Source: a bacterium
GTDB lineage: Bacteria; Patescibacteriota; Minisyncoccia; Phycocordibacterales; UBA1550
Direction of reading: 5' to 3'
Assembly: GCA_030649835.1 (NCBI GenBank)
Contig: JAUSES010000029.1
Span: 4,130 to 68,129, forward strand
Length of the DNA stretch: 64,000 bases
The position numbers and the translations under genes are program-made. The notes under the pieces were generated by a model. That model did not search any database, had not been told where the DNA came from, and worked only from the letters and a program-made list of their open reading frames with translations. Shown piece by piece: positions 27,612-37,059 of the stretch (position 1 is the stretch's first letter; each line of letters starts with the position of its first letter).

Positions 27612-29579
27612 TTATGAAATCGTCTTGTTTGCCAGCGAAACATCATTGTGTCCACTTCCGGCCCCAACGATGTTCACAGATTCTCCATTATTTGATACAT
27701 CCTCTTTTGGTATTAGCTCTGTAATGGTTGGTATCAATACGGTAAAAGCTGTTCCCTTGCCTTCAACAGTATCAACCCATATCTGCCCGCCGTGGCGCAC
27801 TACAATACTCTTTACAATAAAGAGTCCTAGTCCTGAACCATCTGTCTGCAAATGAATCACATTTGCAGCACGGAAAAACTTAGAAAATAGTTTTGGAAGG
27901 TCTGTTTTAGGAATACCTACACCCGTATCACTAATTTTTATCTCTATATAATCACCATGTTTACTAACTGAGATGGTGACCCTCCCCCTTGGGAACGTGT
28001 ACTTCATAGCATTATCAACAATGTTCTGGAGCGCTATGAGAAGTTTTTCTGGATCAAAAACAAAGTCAGGAATTGTGCCAGCATGATTTTCAAGCCGTAC
28101 CTCAATATTTCGTTCTTTTGAAGGAAGGACGGTGCTTTCCATAAGCATACTAAGAAGTCTCATAAAGTCATTTTTCCCAAAATCATACCCAAACTTACTA
28201 TTCTCTATACGTGAAACATTAAGTAAGTCATTAACGAGCTGGATCATTTTCTCGTTCGTTTCATACCCACGCCTTAACATACCTTTTTGGGTCTCAGAGA
28301 CTTCACCAAGATCTCCATCAAGTAACAGCTTAAGTACCCATTTCACTCCCGAAAGCGGTGTGCGTAGCTGATGTGCAGCCACAGAGATAAAATCTGATTT
28401 CAGTTTATCAAATTCTCTTAGGCTACCTACCATGGAGTTAAAAACATCTCCGAATTGCCCAATCTCATCGTTAGATGTATGCTCTACAGTTTGATTAAAA
28501 TCACCCCCCGCTATTTTTTTAGCAACCAAAGAGTATTTACGTATAGGACCAACGACCTCCGTTTCCAAAATAACAGCGAGTACAACAACGAGAATTACCG
28601 TAAACACTAAACCAATCCACAACATGCGAAGTTTAAGTTGGTTCACCCGAACCTTATAGACATCTTTAAATACCTGAATTTCGGTTAGTCCTGCTATTTG
28701 TTTTTTCCCGTCTGTTCCAACAAAAAATACTGGATTTAATCGCACAATAACATCTACGGTTTTCCCGTTTGGCGTTATGTATGTACGATCAATTTCAAAC
28801 GGGGCCTTTAGTTCGCCACTCATTACACCAAGACGAGCTTTTTTATACTCAGGAGGATCGTCCTTAGTTTCGTTTGGGTTGTTTTGAGTACTTGCTATAA
28901 TATTTAATTTTTCATCAAAAATGATAAAGTTATTAAAAAAATAGAAGTCTTTTACGCTATTTACAATTCGCTGAAGTACGTCAACACTAATTTTTCTAGT
29001 AACAATAAGTGAGCGCATATTTTGGTCAACAAATCTCGTAACAACCTGAAGAACCTTTTTCGCTTCTTCAATATCTGACAAATTTTTTGAGCGCGACGAG
29101 ACAGAAATATCAATAACATTTACCATTTCTGATGAAGTATCGTCGCCTTTAAAAAACACAGGAACATGTCTCTCAAATTCGTAAAAAGTCCCCCTGTCTT
29201 TTTCTGCACTTATTCCCACTCTTTCAACTTCTATCTTTTTCAAGATTTCCCTGTCCTCAAAACTAATCTCCTTTCCTATCAGCTCGTGGTCTTTTGCAGC
29301 AACATAGTATCCGCGCGCATCATTAACATTAATATATTTCAGCTCAGAGCCTGCTCCAATTTTATCTATTGTTGTTTGTAGAGTATCTTGCTGTATATAA
29401 TTTTGAATAAAGGTACGTTCTATCTGATCCCCCAAAATATTTATCACCCCTTGTGAGTCTTCTAAAACTTGCTGTCGTAGGTTTACCGAAACCATATCTA
29501 CGATAACCCAAAAAACTATCGCGAGAATAAACGTAGTTACCGTAACCAAAACAAGATTTACTTTTGTGCCAAGCTTCAT
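27612..29579 (-). CDS. sensor histidine kinase (N-terminal TM, extracytoplasmic domain, HAMP, HisKA, HATPase_c)
   Basis: H-box SVAAHQLRTPL and G-boxes DTGVGIP / GSGLGL. Confidence 0.85.
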   Translation of the reverse strand: MKLGTKVNLVLVTVTTFILAIVFWVIVDMVSVNLRQQVLEDSQGVINILGDQIERTFIQNYIQQDTLQTTIDKIGAGSELKYINVNDARGYYVAAKDHELIGKEISFEDREILKKIEVERVGISAEKDRGTFYEFERHVPVFFKGDDTSSEMVNVIDISVSSRSKNLSDIEEAKKVLQVVTRFVDQNMRSLIVTRKISVDVLQRIVNSVKDFYFFNNFIIFDEKLNIIASTQNNPNETKDDPPEYKKARLGVMSGELKAPFEIDRTYITPNGKTVDVIVRLNPVFFVGTDGKKQIAGLTEIQVFKDVYKVRVNQLKLRMLWIGLVFTVILVVVLAVILETEVVGPIRKYSLVAKKIAGGDFNQTVEHTSNDEIGQFGDVFNSMVGSLREFDKLKSDFISVAAHQLRTPLSGVKWVLKLLLDGDLGEVSETQKGMLRRGYETNEKMIQLVNDLLNVSRIENSKFGYDFGKNDFMRLLSMLMESTVLPSKERNIEVRLENHAGTIPDFVFDPEKLLIALQNIVDNAMKYTFPRGRVTISVSKHGDYIEIKISDTGVGIPKTDLPKLFSKFFRAANVIHLQTDGSGLGLFIVKSIVVRHGGQIWVDTVEGKGTAFTVLIPTITELIPKEDVSNNGESVNIVGAGSGHNDVSLANKTIS

Positions 29580-29703
29580 CCCGTTAGAGGTAGGAAACGC
29601 TGTGCGTTTCCGTAGTTATTTAATAAATAGTAATACATCAATGTTTTATTATTATAATCCCGCTCTCTCATTATACAAACCTGATGACCTCTAACGGGAT
29701 TCA
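29577..29703. repeat. family-1 TIR element copy B (CATCCCGTTAGAGGT … ACCTCTAACGGGATTCAT)
   Basis: The left terminus CAT is the histidine-kinase start codon. Internal hairpin ggaaacgctgtgcgtttcc. Confidence 0.7.
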
Positions 29704-29824
29704 TTTCAATATAGTATAGCAGAATTTTTTTATTAAAAGTGAAGCGTGGGTGTGTATAAATGGAAGAATGGAAAAACAATTGGGCGCCCGCAAGCGGACG
29801 CCCAATAGATCAATTCATTGTCTT

Positions 29825-30349
29825 TCACTCCTTTGGGGAAAAAATCCCTATTGCGTCAAAAAGAAGCTTGTCGAAATCAGAGCCTAAAGGATTCTCCTTT
29901 AAAAGCTCGTCAACACGCATGACTATTTCACTATATCCAAAGGTATATCTAAAAACTGTCAGTTCATCTTCTCTATCCCCAAAAACACGAAAAAAGAACG
30001 GCCCGTCAACCAAAGCAATATCCTTGTCACGATTTCCCCATTGCGCATATTTGGTTGCAGGAATTACAACTGTCTGCATTTTTTCGGATCCCTTGTAAAG
30101 ATCCACATCTGGATTTTCAACCAAACCAAAAATACGGTACCTAACTTGCTCGTGTCCAACGAGCTCTGGGAAGTAGCCTTTGTAAACCTCTCTCAGACAT
30201 ACTCCCTCAACCAAAAATGGTACACCTGCATTCCATCTTACTTCCAAGTTAATCTTATCTCTCATTGCGAGGATTCCACCTAGGTCAACAAATCCATCGG
30301 TATTACCAAGCCCCTCCTCGGGTAAAGGAAAGCCACTATTTCTCTTCAT
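29825..30349 (-). CDS. hypothetical protein (174 aa)
   Basis: ORF only. Confidence 0.35.
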   Translation of the reverse strand: MKRNSGFPLPEEGLGNTDGFVDLGGILAMRDKINLEVRWNAGVPFLVEGVCLREVYKGYFPELVGHEQVRYRIFGLVENPDVDLYKGSEKMQTVVIPATKYAQWGNRDKDIALVDGPFFFRVFGDREDELTVFRYTFGYSEIVMRVDELLKENPLGSDFDKLLFDAIGIFSPKE

Positions 30350-30686
30350 TTGCTACCTCCATTTAAATAATGCACTTCGAAAAAAATAAAAGTTTTATTT
30401 ACACCTACCCTCCCTTACCCTACGCTTGTAGTTGCAAAAGTCAATGTGCCAAAACAGCTTCTTTCTGTGGGTACTGTGGTCACGGATCACTAAGTCTCCT
30501 CATTTGCTCTGCAAATTACGGGGACTAAGTATCCGCTACCCCACCTCGCGGTTTTTGAAAAAATCGGAAAGAAAACTTTTTTTAAAAACATCGCTGCGGT
30601 CGGCACAGCAGTACGGAAGCAAAGCTGTTTGCTTCTTAATTCAAACAGTTACGCAAGCTTATGAGTAACTGTTTGAATTACTGTTG

Positions 30687-30758
30687 TGCCCTCAATAGGA
30701 ATCGAACCTATATTGCAAGCTTCGGAAGCTTGAATCCTATCCATTGAATGATGAGGGC
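30687..30758 (-). tRNA. tRNA-Arg (anticodon CCG)
   Basis: Acceptor GCCCTCA/TGAGGGC, anticodon loop TTCCGAA, T-loop TTCGATT. Confidence 0.8.
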
Positions 30759-30889
30759 TTATAGATAAAACTGTCCTTACTCCGCGCTGAGTTAAATTCC
30801 GTGGAACTCTTTATAGACTAAGCATAACAATGATGTGGGCTTTTTGGTACTGGGGTCCGTTGTACTACGGACGCAAATCCTGTACAGAG

Positions 30890-31963
30890 TTAATTAATCT
30901 CAATATCAATATGTCTCACCGCGGGGATTTCTTTTTTAATTCTTTCTTCTATTTTATCAATACGTTTCCCAATAACCCGTGGCACGCGATCAGTATAGTC
31001 CACGACATACTTGAGAAAATCCTGATAATCCCCTCTTATGGTTTCATAATCTTCCTTAAGCATTCCGCCGTTTGAAAGTTCGCGGAAAAGCGCTGTGCCA
31101 TTCACCTCCACTTCACACTTTGCGCGATATTTCCCAAGCTCTACCACAGATGATTTGAAATCATGTACGCGCTCAATCATGGGGTCCGCAACAAGTATTT
31201 CGATAATTCGCTCCTGCACTTCCTCGGGGATAGACTTTTCCACAAGGAAGCGCTTGTTTTTCATAATCAAAACAACCGCAACCCATGCCAAGAGGACACC
31301 GATGATAATGGAACCACCGGCATCCCACATTGGATTACCCGTAATGTATGAAAGCCAAATAGAAACCATTGCGACAGAAACACCAAAGACTGCGACTCCA
31401 TCTTCATACACCACGGCAAGCACTGTCGGATCACCATCCTGAAATGTCTCCGAAAACGTTGCGTCCTCCCCTCTCGCTTTCCACAACTCACGAAAAGCAA
31501 CAGAGAAAGTAATCATCTCCACCACAAAAGAAACTCCTAATATTATAAATATTTCGGGCTTGAAAAAAATTTCCTCTGGATGAAGCAGTGTGCTGATGCC
31601 GTGATAGACAGTAACTCCAGCACCAACAAAAAATACTCCACAGGCGGAAATTAACGCCCAAAAGAAACGCTCGAGCCCATATCCATATGAAGAATCTTCG
31701 TCGGGTGCGCGGCGACTTTTCACAATTCCCACAAGCAAAAGAGTTTGGTTTGCAGTGTCAGCGAGGCTGTGCACTGCCTCAGAAAAAAGTGAACTTGAAC
31801 CAGAAACAGCAAACCCGATAGCCTTCAAAATAGTAATAACAAAATTACCTAGCAATGCAAATATTACAGAAATAAATCCGTGCTCTTGCATGTAAGGACG
31901 AGCACCTCTATTTAGTTTTTCATTAATATTCATAGTTTTTACCAAAATCTGGTAAAACATCAA
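30890..31963 (-). CDS. cation diffusion facilitator (CDF) family metal efflux transporter
   Basis: Six TM helices plus a C-terminal cytoplasmic domain, with the typical HSLADT motif. The start may be at 31933. Confidence 0.75.
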   Translation of the reverse strand: MMFYQILVKTMNINEKLNRGARPYMQEHGFISVIFALLGNFVITILKAIGFAVSGSSSLFSEAVHSLADTANQTLLLVGIVKSRRAPDEDSSYGYGLERFFWALISACGVFFVGAGVTVYHGISTLLHPEEIFFKPEIFIILGVSFVVEMITFSVAFRELWKARGEDATFSETFQDGDPTVLAVVYEDGVAVFGVSVAMVSIWLSYITGNPMWDAGGSIIIGVLLAWVAVVLIMKNKRFLVEKSIPEEVQERIIEILVADPMIERVHDFKSSVVELGKYRAKCEVEVNGTALFRELSNGGMLKEDYETIRGDYQDFLKYVVDYTDRVPRVIGKRIDKIEERIKKEIPAVRHIDIEIN

Positions 31964-31974
31964 TACAAAATTCT

Positions 31975-32320
31975 AGTCGGGGTGCCGTGCCCAAGGCATG
32001 AATCAGCTGATTCAGAATCGAACTCGGCCTAATCTAAATTTCTTATGGAAATTTCCGCGGAAGTGTTTGGACACTTCCGGTTAAAGCTTTAGTCGGGGTG
32101 CCGAGGAATCCCCGCCTGCCATCGCCTGACTGATCCTTACGAAGCGATTGGCAGTGGCGGGCAGGGAACTCGGCCTATATTCTAGTGAGTGAGCGAAAAG
32201 TAAATACCAATTTACTTTTCCGAGCGAACGACGAATATATTGTACCCAGTTATATCTAAATTTCTAAAGGAAATTTCCGCGAAAGCATCTATATGCTTTC
32301 GGTTAAAGAATGTGTCGGGG
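31975..32320. repeat. two degenerate tRNA-Pro 3'-fragment copies (gtcggggtgccg…aactcggcc), each interrupted by an insertion of ~27 or ~60 nt and followed by a conserved ~60-nt hairpin segment
   Basis: Compared against the intact tRNA at 32315..32385; shared downstream block atctaaatttctNaNggaaatttccgcg…ttNcggttaaag. Confidence 0.55.
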
Positions 32321-32385
32321 TGCCGAGAATCGAACTCGGCCTATCTGCTCCCAAAGCAGACGTACTACCGATATACTACACCCCG
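32315..32385 (-). tRNA. tRNA-Pro (anticodon GGG)
   Basis: C1:G72 and A73 as in bacterial tRNA-Pro, anticodon loop TTGGGAG, T-loop TTCGATT. Confidence 0.75.
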
Positions 32386-32399
32386 ACACATTCTTCAAC

Positions 32400-32495
32400 C
32401 CCACGCAGACGTACTACCGATATACTACACCCCGACTAAAGCTTCAACCCCAAAGCAGACGTACTACCGATATATAACTGCATACAATATATCCT
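32400..32495. repeat. two additional partial copies of the tRNA-Pro 5' half (gcagacgtactaccgatata…) in tandem upstream of the tRNA
   Basis: Period ~45-49 bp with three copies including the tRNA itself. Confidence 0.55.
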
Positions 32496-32647
32496 GCGTT
32501 CGCTCGAAAATACAAACTCCATGTTTGTATTTTACTCACTCACTTGGATATACTACACCCCGTTACACGTGAAACGTAGGAGAATATTAGCACACAAGAG
32601 GCAAATTACGAAATTTGAACACTTGGAACCAGAACATGGGGTAGGTT

Positions 32648-33070
32648 TTACAAAACAAAATTTTCCAAAAACTTTACTTTCGCTGTGCGATTTTTGACAT
32701 CTATCTGCACAGTTATCGCATCAAATACCCACTCAATCTGGTCTTCTGGTCGTCTTTCATACAAATAAACCTGTGTCGTTCGCCTTAAACGCTTTAATTT
32801 ATAAGGGTGCAGATTGTCTTCTGCCCTATATTTATCCGTCCTACTGGAAATACATAGGTCCGACCTATGTGAAGTAGGTATGTTTTCACGTGTAACGCTT
32901 TTTACCTCAATAAAATGCAAAATTTTGCCTTTTTTAGCAATAATATCTATTTCCCCGCATTTTCTGAGAAAATTCTGCTCAATTATTGAAAAACCCTTAT
33001 TTTCTAAGTATTTTTGAGCAATATCCTCTCCTAAACGCCCAATTTTCTGCTTTTCCGTCTTTTCAGCCAT
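32648..33070 (-). CDS. YraN-family (UPF0102) endonuclease
   Basis: GEIDIIAKKGKILHFIEVKS is the YraN signature. Confidence 0.7.
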   Translation of the reverse strand: MAEKTEKQKIGRLGEDIAQKYLENKGFSIIEQNFLRKCGEIDIIAKKGKILHFIEVKSVTRENIPTSHRSDLCISSRTDKYRAEDNLHPYKLKRLRRTTQVYLYERRPEDQIEWVFDAITVQIDVKNRTAKVKFLENFVL

Positions 33071-33453
33071 TAAATATAGTGTAGCATCTTGAGCGTTTCC
33101 CGTGAAGCACGCATTTTACGCTTTTTTGATCCGCCAAGCCCCGTCCTTGGCAAGATTGCCAGGGACGGGGCTTGGCGGATTGCTGGCGTTTCCCGTGAAA
33201 CATCCAATTTTAGGACAATTTTAGAGATCAAAATAGACTATTTCACATGAAACCTATATTTATCAAGGTTTTATGGAAAAATATGGGTATTTTAGCACGT
33301 TTTAGGATCTAAAAAGACCGATTTTAATGTCCTTTATCAACAGTATCCACATGGTTATCCACAGTTTTGGGTCATTTTCCCCATATTTTCCGCCTCAAAC
33401 CGTTGACATGGTGTGTCGGCGTGGTGATTTTGAGAGCAAATGTCCTTTAAAAA

Positions 33454-34191
33454 ATGTGCGAATTTGTATTAAATTGTACTCCTGTGTTATACTTTATACG
33501 TATGCGTACAGACAAAGAGAAGGCGACACAGCTTCGTAGGTTTGGTAAAAGCTATCAGGAAATCGCAGGCGAGCTAGGAATCCCTAAAAGCACTTTATCA
33601 GCGTGGTTTGGCGCCTCTTTGTGGTCACAGAAAATAAAAGATGATCTGAATGTTGTTACACATAGAAAGCACACGATCCGCATAGAAGAGCTCAACAAGG
33701 TGCGTGGGGAACATCTTAGGAATCTTTATATTCAAGCACGACATGAGGCACTTGAGGATTTTGAAATTCTAAAATACCATCCAGCTTTTATTTCAGGTGT
33801 TATGCTCTATTGGGGCGAAGGGGACAAGGCTTCCCTTCACCGCGTATCGCTAACCAACACCGATCCAGCAATGATAAGAATATTCATGGGGTTCCTTAAA
33901 GATGTGTGTGGAGTTGAGGAAAAGAGAATTAAGGCCTGGCTCCTTTTATATCCAGATCTTCAAGAATCTGAGTGCAAAAAATATTGGAAAGAGGAGGCAC
34001 ATTTACAAAATGTAATCTTCAATAAAAGCATGGTAATAGACGGGAGGCATAAAACAAAACGTCTAGGGCATGGTGTTTGCACTGTTGGTGTTTCTAGTAG
34101 ATATTTTAAAGAAAAAATGTTATTGTGGATTTCGTTGTTCCCTGATATGCTTGCAAACAGGGAACTATATGGGAAAGATGCGGATATATGA
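33454..34191 (+). CDS. HTH-domain protein with a possible LAGLIDADG-like nuclease domain
   Basis: N-terminal HTH SYQEIAGELGIPKSTLSAWF. LYWGEGDKAS loosely resembles the LAGLIDGDG motif. The true start may be 33502. Confidence 0.4.
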   Translation: MCEFVLNCTPVLYFIRMRTDKEKATQLRRFGKSYQEIAGELGIPKSTLSAWFGASLWSQKIKDDLNVVTHRKHTIRIEELNKVRGEHLRNLYIQARHEALEDFEILKYHPAFISGVMLYWGEGDKASLHRVSLTNTDPAMIRIFMGFLKDVCGVEEKRIKAWLLLYPDLQESECKKYWKEEAHLQNVIFNKSMVIDGRHKTKRLGHGVCTVGVSSRYFKEKMLLWISLFPDMLANRELYGKDADI

Positions 34192-34256
34192 GTACATATA
34201 TCCGCGACATTCGTGAAAAGTGAATATTATGGGTATACTCACTTTGTCACTCATTT

Positions 34257-34327
34257 GCGGATATAATTTAGTGGTAGAATTCCTCGTTGCCAACGAGAGA
34301 GTGGGAGTTCGATTCTCCCTATCCGCA
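34257..34327 (+). tRNA. tRNA-Gly (anticodon GCC)
   Basis: Acceptor GCGGATA/TATCCGC, anticodon loop TTGCCAA, T-loop TTCGATT; terminator hairpin gccccgaaaggggc+T5 at 34337..34362. Confidence 0.85.
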
Positions 34328-34511
34328 CAATTAAAATTGCCCCGAAAGGGGCTTTTTAATTGTGCGGATAGAGCAAGCCTCCTGCTTGGCTTGCGTGGAG
34401 AATCGAAAGCCGGAATATATTTTTGTAATCAAAAATAATGAGGTGGGGTCGAGGGTACTTAGATTTTTGTGAGTAATGCGATACAAAAAGCTTAGTAACC
34501 CGTGACCGAAA

Positions 34512-34527
34512 GCCCTATCCGCACAAT
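34512..34527. repeat. direct repeat of the tRNA-Gly(GCC) 3' end (ccctatccgcacaat), ~195 bp distal to the tRNA
   Basis: Exact 15-nt repeat of 34318..34332. The intervening segment starts with tgcggatagag (tRNA 5'-like) and contains ggagaatcgaaagccgg, shared with the element next to tRNA-Gly(TCC). Confidence 0.55.
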
Positions 34528-34579
34528 AAATATAAAATAGTCAGCCTCTCTTGAGAGGCTGACTATTTTATATTTATTG

Positions 34580-34651
34580 TGCCCACGCCAGGATTCGAAC
34601 CTGGAATAACGGTTTCGAAGACCGTTGTGATATCCATTTCACTACGAGGGC
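34580..34651 (-). tRNA. tRNA-Arg (anticodon TCG)
   Basis: Acceptor with one T·T mismatch, anticodon loop CTTCGAA, T-loop TTCGAAT. Bidirectional terminator hairpin at 34541..34566. Confidence 0.7.
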
Positions 34652-34720
34652 GTACGAAGACTGTACCGCAAAAGTAGTCAAAAGGCAAAAAAAACGGTAT
34701 GCTTTCAATACTTATTAAAT

Positions 34721-36190
34721 ATGGAAATCAACTATCCAATTCCAAAAGAAGTTTCACGTGTAACAGAAACATTGCGAAACGCAGGTTTTGAGGCGTATTT
34801 GGTGGGTGGATGTGTGCGTGACATATTGCAGGGGATTAAGCCAAAGGATTGGGATGCCACAACAAACGCAACTCCCGAGCAAATCCAGGCACTTTTTGAG
34901 AATTCTTTTTATGAAAATGACTATGGCACAGTTGGAATTGTGAATGAAACAGAGGATGAAACACTGAATGTGGTGGAAGTTACTCCTTACCGCACAGAAG
35001 GTGCCTATACCGACAAACGCCGTCCAGACAGCGTTTCGTTTCACGGGAAACTAGATGATGATCTCACAAGACGGGACTTTACTATCAACGCCATTGCATT
35101 TGATGATTCTAAAGGACATCTAAAGGACATTAGCAACGGACTAAAGGACATTAAGGACAAAGTCTTAAGGACAGTGGGAAACCCTGAGGAACGTTTCAAT
35201 GAAGACGCTCTCCGCGTACTTCGTGCAGTACGTCTTGCCACAGATCTTGGTTTCACGATTGAGTCAGAAACACAAAATGCCATTGTTAAGAAAGCGGGGG
35301 ATTTGAAGCATATTTCTATGGAGCGTATTCGTGATGAATTTTCCAAGATGATTATGACAAAGAATCCTATGGTCGGCATTGTGATATGCCAGAAGCTTGG
35401 GCTACTCAAATACATTGCGCCTGATCTTGAGCGGGGGATTGGGGTAGAACAAAACGGCGACCATATTTACACCGTGTGGGAGCACAACCTTCGCGCCCTT
35501 CAGCATGCAGCCGACCGCGACTGGCCACTTCACGTGCGCCTCGGTGCGCTCTTTCATGATGTTTCAAAACCAGAGACTCGCAGATGGTCAGATGAAAAAA
35601 ATAACTGGACATTTTATGGACACGATGTGGTGGGTGGGCGTGTTACAGAAAAAGCTCTTGAGCGTTTGAAATATCCTAAAAAAATTGTGGAGGTAGTTAC
35701 ACTCCTCGTAAGGCACCATTTGTTTTTCTCCGACATAGAAAAGATTACGCTTTCTGCCGCACGTCGCATTGTAAAAAATGTTGGCCCCGACAACGTATGG
35801 GACTTGATGAAGGTGCGCGCCTGCGACCGTATCGGCATGGGTCGCCCAAAAGAAGCGCCGTATCGTTTGCGTAAGTATGAATCAATGATTGAAGAGGCGA
35901 TGCGCGCTCCGGTATCTGTAGGAATGCTCAAGATTGACGGTGTAAAAATTATGGAAGTTACTCGTGAAACACCTGGACCAAAACTTGGATTCATCCTCCA
36001 CGCACTCCTCGAGGAAGTTCTCGACGACCCAGAGCGCAACACTGAAGAGTACCTCGTGAAACGCACTCTCGACCTCGCAAAGCTCCCCATTGATGAACTA
36101 AAAAAACTCGGCGAAGAAGGGAAGGGGAAAAAGGATGAGGCCGAACAAGGAGAACTCGCGGTAATCCGAAAGCGACACGGGGTAAATTAA
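34721..36190 (+). CDS. cca: CCA-adding tRNA nucleotidyltransferase with HD domain
   Basis: Pol-beta nucleotidyltransferase motif (GGCVRD…WDATT), RRDFTINAIA, and HD motif (HNLRALQH…LFHDVSKP). Confidence 0.8.
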   Translation: MEINYPIPKEVSRVTETLRNAGFEAYLVGGCVRDILQGIKPKDWDATTNATPEQIQALFENSFYENDYGTVGIVNETEDETLNVVEVTPYRTEGAYTDKRRPDSVSFHGKLDDDLTRRDFTINAIAFDDSKGHLKDISNGLKDIKDKVLRTVGNPEERFNEDALRVLRAVRLATDLGFTIESETQNAIVKKAGDLKHISMERIRDEFSKMIMTKNPMVGIVICQKLGLLKYIAPDLERGIGVEQNGDHIYTVWEHNLRALQHAADRDWPLHVRLGALFHDVSKPETRRWSDEKNNWTFYGHDVVGGRVTEKALERLKYPKKIVEVVTLLVRHHLFFSDIEKITLSAARRIVKNVGPDNVWDLMKVRACDRIGMGRPKEAPYRLRKYESMIEEAMRAPVSVGMLKIDGVKIMEVTRETPGPKLGFILHALLEEVLDDPERNTEEYLVKRTLDLAKLPIDELKKLGEEGKGKKDEAEQGELAVIRKRHGVN

Positions 36191-36226
36191 AAAATCCAAG
36201 GATGAACCTTGGATTTTAAATTTTGA

Positions 36227-36556
36227 TTACTCCGACACCATCTTTTTAGGTTCATATTTCACAACGGGCAAATGCGCGTTTTCAGGTCGTCTAAAAAACT
36301 CTGGAAAGCGTTCGTCTTTAAATCCGTGAACGGCAAAATACCGATTGGTTCCTGTCATCCACACTAGGTGAATATAATGTTTAGGTGTTGCATTTTCACT
36401 ACCATAGAAAGGGTCAGGGCCAGTCTCACAATTTCCTAAGGTTTGATAAGAACCAAGCGGCAAGTCCCATGAGCGAAGCTCCTTTCGCTCCTTAAAGCCA
36501 ACATCCCTTTCTCTATTCATCTTTTCTGCTTGTTCTTTTCCCGTCAACAAAATCAT
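36227..36556 (-). CDS. hypothetical protein (109 aa)
   Basis: ORF. It is preceded by the shared leader motif (family 3). Confidence 0.4.
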   Translation of the reverse strand: MILLTGKEQAEKMNRERDVGFKERKELRSWDLPLGSYQTLGNCETGPDPFYGSENATPKHYIHLVWMTGTNRYFAVHGFKDERFPEFFRRPENAHLPVVKYEPKKMVSE

Positions 36557-36620
36557 TATAATCTCCTTCTCGATACCGTCGAGAATGTCGGTTGGGCGGT
36601 TGCCCGCTTCAATGAACGGC

Positions 36621-37004
36621 CTAATGTCCCCGGAAGAACATTACTGCTAGTTTTTCGTATTCCGGATCTTCGGGGTAAATTACTTTAATCGAATAAGCTC
36701 CGGGAGAACTGGTAACTGAACCATAAGCATCATCGGAAGCGGAATGCATTCTTACGGAGTGACCATCTCGCTCGGCCACAACCGTGTAAACTCGCCCGCC
36801 CGCTTCTGTGAGACAAGTGTAACCCCTCCCTACAGTTTTGCATTTCTTTACTATCAGCTTGAACGATTCTGGGGCCGCCATCGCTTCTGAACGATTTTTT
36901 TGAGAGATCGACTCGCTCGCTGCCGAAATTATCACAAAAAATAAGAGGAACAAGAGAATAAGCACGAACACCACTCCAACGGATCCTTTTTGTTTACTAA
37001 TCAT
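36621..37004 (-). CDS. membrane-anchored hypothetical protein
   Basis: Start MISKQKG. N-terminal TM helix, preceded by the family-3 leader. Confidence 0.45.
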   Translation of the reverse strand: MISKQKGSVGVVFVLILLFLLFFVIISAASESISQKNRSEAMAAPESFKLIVKKCKTVGRGYTCLTEAGGRVYTVVAERDGHSVRMHSASDDAYGSVTSSPGAYSIKVIYPEDPEYEKLAVMFFRGH

Positions 37005-37059
37005 TTTGACACTCCTCAACCCAGGAACACGCCTGGAATCGTTGGGCGACTACCCGTTG

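Noticed and set aside
29576-29779. ORF 29576..29779 (-) containing MNPVRGHQV
   Set aside because: It lies entirely within family-1 element B and the AT-rich intergenic DNA and is an artefact of the repeat sequence.
30432-30668. 78-aa ORF in the region next to tRNA-Arg(CCG)
   Set aside because: Low-complexity basic peptide with no Shine-Dalgarno sequence, and the region folds into hairpins. It is more likely non-coding.
32360-32495. Three tandem ~45-49-bp repeats that could be mistaken for a mini CRISPR array
   Set aside because: Only three units, the repeats are the 5' half of tRNA-Pro itself, the spacers are short and similar to one another, and there are no cas genes. It is interpreted as a tRNA-fragment scar.
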